A stretch of 64,000 nucleotides of DNA from Balanoglossus misakiensis. Taxonomy: Eukaryota > Animalia > Hemichordata. Shown here in pieces: positions 53,201-64,000 of the stretch. The notes under the pieces are model-generated. The model did no database searches, was not told where the DNA came from, and saw nothing but the letters and a program-made list of their open reading frames with translations. Location: contig CM082591.2 in NCBI GenBank assembly GCA_040954595.2, positions 981,882 to 1,045,881 of the forward strand. Direction: 5' to 3'. Position numbers and translations under genes: made by a program. Position 1 is the stretch's first letter, and each line of letters begins with the position of its first letter.

Positions 53201-54378
53201 CAAGGGATATATAACATTATCAGCCCCTTATGAAGCTGCTGCTGGGTCTGGTTATGTCATCACTTTGGCTCAAACCATCGTTGAAAGGTGAGTAGACACC
53301 AATCTCCCAAATACTGGGGTTAGCCTTAATGTCAGTCTAGAATATCAAAGTATCGTCAATACCAAATCTTTAGTAGTGAAGTATGGATGCCCAGAAAAAT
53401 GTACAGATCTGAGGCTCAATGCCACATATTTGCATTATTTTCAGCACGGCTCGTACAGGGAGCTCATCAGTAACATCTGACGAAGTCGTAGCCGTCATGG
53501 GCATGGACATCACCTTGCCATACTTCTTACTTCTGTTGAAACAGCTTTACCCAGCGTGTGCTGAGAGTGAAAACATGTAAGTGCATATGCAGGAAGTGGC
53601 ACATTCTTCAATATTTTACAATTTACTGTTTGATTATTAATAACACAATATTCAAAAAGATGCAATCTGATCCCTGTATTCTGTCTGACTACGGATAACA
53701 TTCGCGAAGTGCCTGTGTGACCATCTCTATGTATGCATCTTTTTGGAACTACTTTCTTTAAGAAAGAAGTTCCGGCATCTATGACCAGTATACCTATACA
53801 CCACATCACAATGACGCCATCTTATGTGAAGGTACAAGGACGCCATGTCCAATATTTCACAATTCTGTTGCACTTTCTTTCACAGTTGCTTTGTAATGGA
53901 CAGTAGTGGCTTCCTTGTTCTTCACAAAAACTTCGTCGACGTCGGTGGCGATATAGAATTTGGCCAATCACACATTACAGAAGTCGAAAAAACAATCGCA
54001 CAAGATTTGATTGACAAGGGTGTTTTGGCCAAGAAACAGTGTGTCAACTTTCAGAAAATCAAGTTGCAAAACTACTATCAGGTAGACTATTTTGTTTTGT
54101 TTGAACATTGTATGTATGTATGTATGTATGTATGTATGTATGTATGTATGTATGTATGTATGTATGTATGTATGTATGTATGTATGTATGTATGTATGTA
54201 TGTATGTATGTATGTATGTATGTATGTATGTATGTATGTATGTATGTATGTATGTATGTATGTATGTATGTATGTATGTATGTATGTATGTATGTATGTA
54301 TGTATGTATGTATGTATGTATGTATGTATGTATGTATGTATGTATGTATGTATGTATGTATGTATGTATGTATGTATG

Positions 54379-54411
<33 letters not shown>

Positions 54412-56181
54412 GTTTACTAGCTCACCATAAATACATGCTTTCAAGCACAAAATTGAGTAATGTTAACCTCAGGTTTGTGCATTTTAAACCGGAACATAAG
54501 CATTCTCCTTGATCACTTCTAGGTTAACAAACCAGCCAGTGATATAAATACACTTTTAGATGGGAATGAGTGTATCCGATATCAGTTATCCCACATTCCG
54601 GACACTAATTCCTATCTTGGGATTATCCAGAGAACCTTACATTGCATTCCTGTTGTCTGTCCATGTGTGCAGGTAAAACATATAAAACTTCTTTTAGTCA
54701 GAGCCTGTGATTAAATAATTTCCTGACTAACTGCATCAGTGTATGATGATATACGTCTAGCACCCTCATGCAGCCATCTTGAAATTGGTGTCAAAGCGAG
54801 GCCATATTTCCTAAGGACACAAAAATTTCCATAATTAATCTGTTGGTCAACAGATACATAGACAAAGTTATATGGGTCACTGACACTCCTCAGATTCTCA
54901 GATTAGAGATCACAGTAAGTTAGATTATTTAATTGTGTTATTTTTCTTTCCCAGAGTAAGTGTCAATATGCAGATGAGTTAGATGAATGTGAATGCCCAT
55001 GCGTATCTGGTGCAAACTATGATTACTGTAATGATTTGTTTGAATTTGGAAGGTAAGTCTACACCTCGATATTTCGTTTGTAACTATGGAAATATCAACT
55101 AGCAGACACACATTTACAAGATACATTGTCACATAATTATTTCAATCTCATTGACAATGCACCTTTTGTACATTATCACATCATTATTTCATTCTCAGCG
55201 ATGATGCACCTTCGTGTACACCAGAGATCATTGGCGTGGATCCTGTCTTGACTGAACAAAATCATTTGGTGAATCTACCCCAGTGTTTTGCAACAGACTG
55301 TTCCAAGTTCACAACCAATATGTAAGACTATTATTATTTATTATTATTGTTATTGTTGTTGGAAGTGTTTTTGTAATGGACAAAGATGAATTTAGTTTTG
55401 ATTTTCCTTTTGACTTTCTAAACAGAGAGTGCAATGCTGCAGTCAGCTGTGAGTGGTGTGACGAGGGCTTGTATGAAGATCAACCTTATTGTAATGACAT
55501 TGTATATTCATGCGAACGTAAGTGTAAACATTCCATCAGGAGAACCTCTTGTTTTGTTTGGCTTTGTTTGTGACATTGACTTATTGGTATAAGCTGTTAT
55601 TATTTGGGGTTTAGATCAAGAAGTAGAAAATGCTCGCTCTATTTTGTTCTCTTTAAACATGGTTTCTTTTTTTTGTTCTTTCAGCGGTGAAGGCCAAATC
55701 GACATCACCGGCAGTGATCACTGGAATAGTGATTGGTGTACTCGCATTGATTGCTATAGTGATCATCGTTGTTGTCGTGGTGATTGTGTGCCGGAAGAGA
55801 AATCATCCCGATTTGTCAAAAGAGCACTTTCCAGTGTCGTACACAGCAAGTTCTGCTCCATCTGCTCCATCTGCCCCACCAGCCCCATCAGCGCCCTCGG
55901 CGCCCAGTTTCAATCCTAACGCCCCCATGCGAATTCAAGACACCGGATTCGACGGAGATGACAGTTCATTTGGACCTGATTCGCCATCATATGTAGACCC
56001 AGTAAGTGGAGGGATGGGGCCTCCTGATAATCAAAGGTACTATGAACACATGGGAGCACAAGGCCAACGACCCTACCAGGACTTGCTTCAACAACAGCAA
56101 TCAGTCAGGAGTGGACATTCCTATGAAATACCACAATTTGACGAAAACCGACAATATAGTGACATCACAGCCGAAGTCTGA
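45137..56181 (+). CDS. VWA and dCache domain-containing type I membrane protein (CACHD1/alpha2delta-like), multi-exon
   Basis: Signal peptide MYRVFLCVYLATACNLVQA; WQYFGSEEG; YDSRYRPWY; PKNVVIVIDKSGS; ILFLTDG; GVVGVD; GRTLTHP; YIGTENGVFREYPG; YDHTIRPWY; CFVMDSSGFLV; Cys-rich CECPC; TM AVITGIVIGVLALIAIVIIVVVVVIVC-RKR; Pro/Tyr-rich tail. Confidence 0.92.
47181..47273. repeat. (GAT)n microsatellite, intronic
   Basis: Seen directly in the sequence. Confidence 0.98.
54109..54407. repeat. (TATG)n microsatellite, ~300 bp, intronic
   Basis: Seen directly; uninterrupted. Confidence 0.99.
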
Positions 56182-59100
56182 TTATGAAAATCGTGATTTT
56201 TCACTTCGTAAAATGCTGTGCATTTGCCATTTGTAAATCACCAAAAGAATGGAAACAACTCATAACAGTTGAGAGATTGTTTACTGAATGACAAACATAT
56301 AATGTTAATGGCATGGCCATATTCTTCCGTAAACCGCGTGTAGATAGTAATACTATTTCGGGTATACGACCATGTGATATTTTCTTTAGTTTTAACGCTT
56401 TTTATTACTTTCTACTCGGGATTAAGTTTTTGCTGTGAATATTTTTGTACTGTTTTCTGTAAATAAAGAATTTGGAATAGTTATGTACTTGCTTGGTAAT
56501 ATTTTTCTTTCTTTCGTTTGCTTTTTAATACACTGGCAAGTCAAATTGAAGTACAACTGATGACAGGTGTACAGTACATGTATGCAGCGAGCAATTAGCG
56601 CCCTCACGTGACCGAATTAGGCCACACTTCTTTTCCCTTTTCGTGGGAACAGCACAGCCACCGGTAGAAAAAAGGCAGGGGGAGGGAGAATTTTTAAAAA
56701 GTATACACACCATAGAAAATAAATATTTCCCTAACTTATGCTGTCAACTTTACTCTAATATTGGCGCTAAAGAACCTCGATTTTTGATAAGAACCTCAGC
56801 CAGTCTGAGAAACGGGCGTTCATATTCTACATATAGTCATGATTGCATCTGAGACGTACTTTAACCCTTGCTGGCATGGGGCCCATGGTGGAACGGGATC
56901 ACATGCTTCTCACCAATAATGGCACCTGGTGAAAGGGCGTGGCCTATTTGATTGACAGCCAGTGCGGGGATTTCCCCGTTTTTTACCAACGAGTAAACCC
57001 AATTGTGTTGAAAACAGGTTGAGTCTATTTTAAGACGATGGCGTTGGTTTATAAATATATGGGGCAACGTGAATACGTTCTATCAACATTTTGGCAGTCA
57101 CGTGACTGGGACTTATAGGTGTGGTCAATGAAACGTCTACTATCAACATGACGTATGTTAACATATAAAATACGTCAAGATAGACATAATCAAGAAAAAC
57201 GTACATACGCACTGGAAAGTGTGTATTGGGACATGTAGCTGGACGCAAGAGGCAATTGTTTAAATATTATTTGCATAAAAATATAGTACATGTAATTGTA
57301 CATTTCGTTATAAAATAGAGATCATAAATGAGATGGCATGACAAACGTAAGAAAAGAAGACAAGGATAGGCGCTGGTAGAGTTTTATATAAAGACTGTGT
57401 CCACAATAACCCAAGGCGATAAACAACGTCTCCTGCTTAAATTTTCTATAAAAAAAACAGCATGACCTTTGACTTAGGACTGGCTGGAAGTATGCACGTA
57501 GACCATGCCTATTCTTTGCACCTGGCGTAATGCGCATTTCATATATTTTCGGCAACACTTGTGAAATACTCCTTGTCTTCTGTACATGTCACGAAGGTCG
57601 GGACAGATTGCCACGTCATCGTCAACATGTGACTGACAAACTGACGTACATTTTTTCTGGAAATCTGAAGTAATCGGTCTCCACATCCTGGTCATTATAT
57701 AACACTAAAACTAGGAGAAAGAATTGCGCGATATTTTATAACACAAGAGATACTCCAAACACAAGTACTTGCTTAATCCCCGTCAGATTTAAGGAGGGGG
57801 GGAGGGGCAATATTGAATCACGGCAGCTGTTCAAGCGAGTTCGTCTGTTGGGGGTAAAAAAGGAGAGTTTGCTATTTCCGTGTAATGCATTCCAAGTCAA
57901 ACCTTAGTATAATTTTGAAATAAAATGCACTTTTTAAAGAATAATTAAAAGAAAAAATGTGTATAGCAAGGAGAAAAAATACTTTTCAAGTAAAATTCCT
58001 ATTTAGTGCACACATTAGGACAAAATCTTTTTTTCAAAAGAATGATTAATACGCAACGATATTAAGTCTGCGCGACAAGTTGTGCTCTCTAGAGTCTTCA
58101 GGTTTTCAAGAGTCTCGACGTCGGGGTTTGCTTAGCATCTCACAGCATGACTTTCGCCCCAACATTTGCAAACCCTAGATGTCCGCATGGATGCTTACTC
58201 AAAGCTCCGTATCAAGATCCTGGTGAAACCAGGAAATAGATGGCAATGCCAAGAAAGTCTGTAAAAGGGCAGCTGGGGTCATGAAATTTAAAACTTAAAA
58301 TCCTGGAACCCTTCTTGCAATTTTGATTGTAATTTCAACAACAGAGCTTGTAAACAACAGCTGGTGATTCTCTGGACAGATTTTACAAGTTGTGATTGTT
58401 GATCACGACTGCATTTCTCTGTAAACAGAAATCTCCGTGATTTCTCAAGACAACTTGAGAAACGCTAAATGCAGGCCTGATATTTACATACTTGAAGTTT
58501 GCAAGTATAGTCTTGTGTTAACCCGTGCCAATTCTGCAGCTGGGGAATTCTTTGTGCAGTGTGATGGAGCTTCGAACTAAAACCCCATCCCAATCTTTAT
58601 AAAAACCGACTGCAATATGCTGGTTACAGCATGGTTTATGCTGTGAAACAAGAAATCGTATGCGATACCGCATAAAAACAGCAGAAAAATGTCCACAGTG
58701 ACCACAATACTATCTAGGTGTCAGAAAAAATTATCGCAAAACTGTCAAACAACAATGATGAATATTTTGCAGCAACCACACCGCCAGTTATAACCTCTGC
58801 AGACATCAAAACCAAATTTGCCTCGCTTCCTTTCGATACAATACATTTCCGTAGAGATTATGCTGCGTGATTATAAAAAGATCTGTTTCTGTAGAGATAG
58901 TAATCCTGTCGTGTAATCCACCATGCACCTGAAACCATGATCCTTGTAACCAGGCCCTAAGCGATTCCGCCGGTCCCTGGGCATACTTCAAAGTTATCAC
59001 GATAATATTGATTGAACCAGAAATCGGCTCAGTCTTTGTTTTCATGAAATTTGAGAAATGACAGGAGTACGAGATACACGTATCTGTAGGGTTAAATTAC

Positions 59101-59290
59101 TTTTGGACTCCAAGTGACATTGTTTAGAATTACGTCACTTCACTATCCTAATACCTAGCGGCACTTTCCCACAATTACAGCGATGAAGATTTGTAGTCTA
59201 GCTTCGTGGGAATATTGTGGCCAAAAAACTGCATGGTCCCCTCACTCCTAAACGGGCAGCATTTGTATTGTTTTGCCCTTATTGGCGACT

Positions 59291-59413
59291 GGATGGACGG
59301 ACGGATGGATGGATGGATGGATGGATGAATGGATGGACAGACAGAAAGACAGACAGTTAGATCGATAGATAGATCGATAGACAGACAGACAGACAGACGG
59401 AAAGACGGAAAGA

Positions 59414-59486
<73 letters not shown>

Positions 59487-59560
59487 CGATAGATAGATAG
59501 ATAGATAGATAGATGGGTGGATGGAGGGAGGGATGGCTGGCTGGCTGGCTGGCTGGATAG
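59291..59560. repeat. Compound tetranucleotide microsatellite (GGAT/GACA/GATA/GGCT)
   Basis: Seen directly in the sequence. Confidence 0.97.
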
Positions 59561-61399
59561 ATTATTCTAGTTTCTAGCGAAAGCGATGACGTAATGTGCC
59601 CGAATTCCAGGCCAGATCTCACCTGCTAAAAGTGGCTGTAGCCTAACTATCTTGTGACTTACACATGTTCTGTTTGCCAACAATGGCGACCCCCCTTCCC
59701 GATAAATTTATGTTAGATGGTTGCGCAACAGTTGAATTCCTAGCATAGTTTACATCCAGAATCGCTGGTCAGGTAGGGAACTGGGTATTCCCCTGTTCAA
59801 ACCGGCCAATTCTATTCTTTCAAAATCTCATCATGCGTTGCCGGTCACGCGATATAGTATGTGATCTTTTGATGTCTAATATATACAGTAATACAACTGA
59901 CAACTTTGGAGTTGTAACCTCTAAGTTGACATCAGTGTTAAAACTGTGAGTGAGAAAAAAATGAACAAATTGCTAAGTGATGCCAACATGGGCCCCGTCT
60001 AGATGAAACCACTAGAGGGGGTTGTGATGAAACACGGCTCAACTGTCAATCATGGGAACTTGAAGATTCGTGATACAGACATTCGTCAAAGAAGCCCTAC
60101 AATATCAATGGCCTGTTGTAATACAAAGCGTGTTCATTGAAGCTAGACGGTTACTCATGACCACGTTCAGGTACTTTCCCATCGCAAAAGTCAACAGCCA
60201 AATCTGAATGTACGAGAACTTCACCATAGGTCACTTTTTAGGTCAGATGACGTCATCACCTGTAGGACACTCGGAGGGCGAACCAAATATCGCATTACAT
60301 ACAGCAGCCTTGTCTTGTATGATACGTGAAATAAACCTTGAGTGAAACACTTCGCCATTGGCGAGCAATGACCACTTTAATCCAGTTTCCTGCGAATAAC
60401 ATTTCTTCGTAATCGAAACAAACTTACACGGCCGTCCGGGTGAGGCTTCGTGGAGGGCAGAACTAATATGAATCATCGAAACAACAAATGTTTTGATTAG
60501 GTTTTATATTTCAACCAAGTTGAACTTCTTTCTGGATTACTTTGAAACCATAAATGACTTCCCATCTCGAAAACTTACAATCTTCTTCGGAGCTACTGGG
60601 GCTTTAAAGGCCTTGCTCAAAAGTGAGTCAAATCTTTTGTTTCCAATAAACAGTTACGTGCTAACACAAAGGCTTTCTTGTTTGCCTTCCTTGTACTGCC
60701 CTGGGATCGAGAAAACGGCCTTTAAATGACTGTGCGCGTCAGCTCGATAGCCGATCATAGGTTGTTCACCAGCCAAGAGCAGACTTTGCGCGACATTGCT
60801 TTGGAGACCCCCAATTGGCCTACGTGCAGTCCACGTGTATCAGAGATTTATGGCATTTTAATCATGTTTCTATTGACCACTTGATCAGCCACCAACTCAC
60901 GACTTCTCCTTTGAAATTAATTTATAACTCAATCCAGTCTGTCAACTTTGTTGCGGGCAAGCGATCAGATCCGGAGGTCACCTGACTGGCAGAAATCTTT
61001 CTGTCGTGGACTTCTGCTTTTTGCTTCATTCTCGACTGAAAAACATCAATTTCATCATTCCATCTACTCAACCATTTACCTCCACAACTTGGAACAGTCC
61101 TATCGTTTACGACTTGTAAATAATGGAGTGGGGGTAAATTCATTAAACAATTCCTAAACTCCTGTAGGCTATACTGACAAGAAAAATAGATACACTGCCC
61201 ATGAGCGGACCAAGTATTAATAATTAAGACACAAAATAAATATACTAAAATAAATAGCCAAAAGTAAGTCCGTCCTGTTTAAATCATGTGCATCTAGTGA
61301 AAACATCTGCTGAGTGGACACCAATATCTCCGGTGACCATGGTGAACGTGTTAAGTGCAAGATAACTGCCAGACTCTCACACCGGAAAGTCGTGACGTC

Positions 61400-62093
61400 G
61401 ATGCGTGACGTCACGCTGTTATCTACCACTGCCAGGCATGGCCAGGCCTGTGCCAAAACATACTTTCTTTCACAACATGGGATTGCCTCTGGCGCATGCT
61501 AAGACATAATAGCAGTTATGATCATCGTGCACTGTGCGGCACTATAAGTAATAGTATAGCTGCAATAATTGTAGCCTTGGTGGGCTGGTTAGGTGGCTGG
61601 AACGTGCGCGATGGCGTGCGTCTCGCCAACCAGCACACCACGGTTCCAATTTTTGCAGCTAGTGATACATTTGTAGTAATAATATTGTGCCGCAAAAAGA
61701 AGCCATAATAATCTCAAACTATCCTAATTGTTCAAAGTAAGAGCCGCGCATACCTTTCATTTTCTTTTTCTTTTTAATATGCACTCCGTCAGTGCTAAAG
61801 CATCGAAACTAAACTGCAACAATGTACTTAAAGCTACGTAATCTAAAACACATAAGGGGAATTCCGCGAAGACCTGTGGATGCTCATTTGCATAATGGGG
61901 TTTCCGGCGGCGGTCTTCATGACAACCACGTGTCTGTGCGAAACTCAATATAAAACTAGGGTTGTCTGAAAGTTCCCCTTTCAATAGCAAACAGACTTTG
62001 CAGACGACAACACACACTGGCAACTGTGCGCCCGAGTTTTCCAAGCGAGCAGCTTTCCCTGTTTTTGCTGCTTATTGTCATCGGACGAAAAAG
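61400..62093 (+). promoter_or_regulatory. Probable promoter and non-coding first exon of a downstream gene
   Basis: CRE palindrome GCGTGACGTCACGC at 61403-61416, octamer ATTTGCAT at 61886-61893, TATAAAA at 61949-61955, then ~115 nt with no ATG ending in the strong donor AAG|GTAAGA at 62093/62094. Confidence 0.5.
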
Positions 62094-62233
62094 GTAAGAG
62101 ACATGTCAAATTCTCTCGCTCCAAAGAACGACAGAAAATAAGTTAAAGGCTTTTTGTGTCTCTATTAAGTACTGCGAAATGTTATTTGATCATCCAGCAA
62201 CTTGTAGTAAAGTTCAATGTTACATGATGTGTC

Positions 62234-62270
<37 letters not shown>

Positions 62271-62272
62271 GA

Positions 62273-62345
<73 letters not shown>
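62234..62345. repeat. (GACA)n-(GAT)n compound microsatellite
   Basis: Seen directly in the sequence. Confidence 0.97.
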
Positions 62346-64000
62346 GGCCTGTTGACATGGCAACATGTTCAAGTTCAAATAGGTTTATGTGGAGGACGGT
62401 GAAGTGTACCACAAGTGCGCGCGGCTACTTTTAAATTTCACCCGAGCGCTGAAATCTTATGATGACAAATTCTTAATGCTAGCCGCAGCTATGGGAAGTG
62501 TGCCAATATTGTTCAACTTTCAACCCCGCGCCGGCCATACAAAGCCGGCCTTTCTGACAATCAACCTCTTTCGTACCAGTATCCCCGTTGTACAAATTAT
62601 ACAGGCCGTGTCGTGTGGAATGCAACGACCGTACCTGCAACTATCCAACGACCTTTGAACTGTGCGTACGTGCAATAAAAGTCTAGAGTTGTAAATACGG
62701 ACTGACGACCCGAGTCGAGGCCAAGTTTGTAAACACGACTCTCTCTGAGTAGCAGACTATCAACGTCCGCTGTTCTCGGAAAGCGACCGACAAAAACTCC
62801 TTTCTCCGTGGAACTCACAGGCCCTTCCCGTCCCCCGCAAAATGAGGTTGTCATAAACTAAGTCCAGAACTCGTGAAATGGAATACGTGTAGTGTTGTTA
62901 ATTTCAAGCCCCGGCCTTGCGTCCGTTTCGAGCTGAACGCAAAACTTTCACAGAGATGCAATGCAATGCACTGGCTTTTCCTAATCATCATTACGCAATG
63001 ACATTTATTATTAATTAACGTTTTTTAGTTTCTTTGCAATTCATGCTAACGACGCATCTAGCTCAACTAGCTAACTAGTTCGCCGGACTGAATGCAATCA
63101 TGGTCCAATATAGTAGTTCTGACCACCACTGAACGGGTGCGGTTCGAGTAATGGACAATGCTATTATAGTGATGATTAAATTGTGGATTTGATATTGACA
63201 ACCAAGCTGATAGGACCACGTAGGCGAAAGGCACTGCGTCTACAATTGTATTTCATCACCCTAGATCTCAGCCAAGAGACGACGTAACACAGACAAAACC
63301 ATCTCGGTTTAGTATGATCATGTGAAAATCTACGCAGTCAAATAAACAAAACGGGTCTTTAATGTACGTTCTGCTGAGTATTGTGATAACACAATGAAAG
63401 CTGAGATCATATCACCACCATATAAGGCGAACAGTTTACCCTATAAGCCGCAGCTTTGTTTTGTAGGGTGGTGGAAATTTTACGTTCTATAAATAGACTT
63501 CAATGGGCTTTTCCCCGAAGTCGACGTCAGGATCCTTCTGTGATTGGACTTTAAAAATTAACATATTCATGAGTATGACGTCGTTGACGAACGTCCAATA
63601 GGATTGCACGCTTCTTACATAGGGAGTAAATCGGGGAGTTCCCCTTTTGGTTCCCGATTCTGAGTATAAATATGTTACGTAGGCGTGGTAATAAGTTAGT
63701 GGACACAGTGTTGTCAGATCAGATAGACTGAACGCGTCGATGAGTGAACTTGCCAATGTTTGAACCTTGGGCGTGCTTTTCAGCTCGCAGTCACCCCGAC
63801 TAACAGGTAAAGACAAAAAATGTTTGTTTTAGTGTTTACAGTTTTGAATGCTTTTGCAAGTGTACGCCTGAAACCGACAGTGAATCCATTTCATGCATGG
63901 TTGGCGTAAACTGTTTTCCTCCAGATATATGTACACTAGATTTGATAACCCTGACATTGACAGTCAAATGCAACGACGCCGCAGGCCTTAACTCTAACGC

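Noticed and set aside
57800-61200. Scattered 60-120 aa ORFs in the distal region
   Set aside because: No domain motifs in the frames inspected and no phase-consistent exon chain.
63059-63150. A-box-like TAGCTCAACTAG and B-box-like GGTTCGAGT (tRNA or SINE head)
   Set aside because: No cloverleaf can be folded, the B-box is imperfect, the spacing is long, and there is no second copy in the window.

Overview
Eukaryotic (animal, probably marine invertebrate; taxon is inference) genomic DNA with compact spliceosomal introns. Bases 1-~5,000 are the end of a nearly homogeneous 87-bp satellite array whose last monomer is inverted. Seven consecutive minus-strand genes follow: an uncharacterised 230-aa type I membrane protein with three PPxY motifs, PTS, a putative signal peptide/TM/NHL-propeller gene with a recently duplicated exon, an intronless ZC4H2, TERB1 (apparently without a MYB domain), AP-2 alpha-adaptin (with a U12 AT-AC intron), and a glutaredoxin-DEP-DUF547 gene. 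A plus-strand CACHD1/alpha2delta-like VWA-dCache gene lies head-to-head with the last of these. The final ~8 kb is non-coding, with microsatellites and a probable promoter plus non-coding first exon. All gene models were spliced by eye from splice signals and exon phase; family calls rest on remembered motifs and no searches were run. The best candidates for something undescribed are the membrane-anchored NHL protein, the remodelled TERB1 C-terminus, and the dual-pocket dCache receptor with a tyrosine-motif tail.
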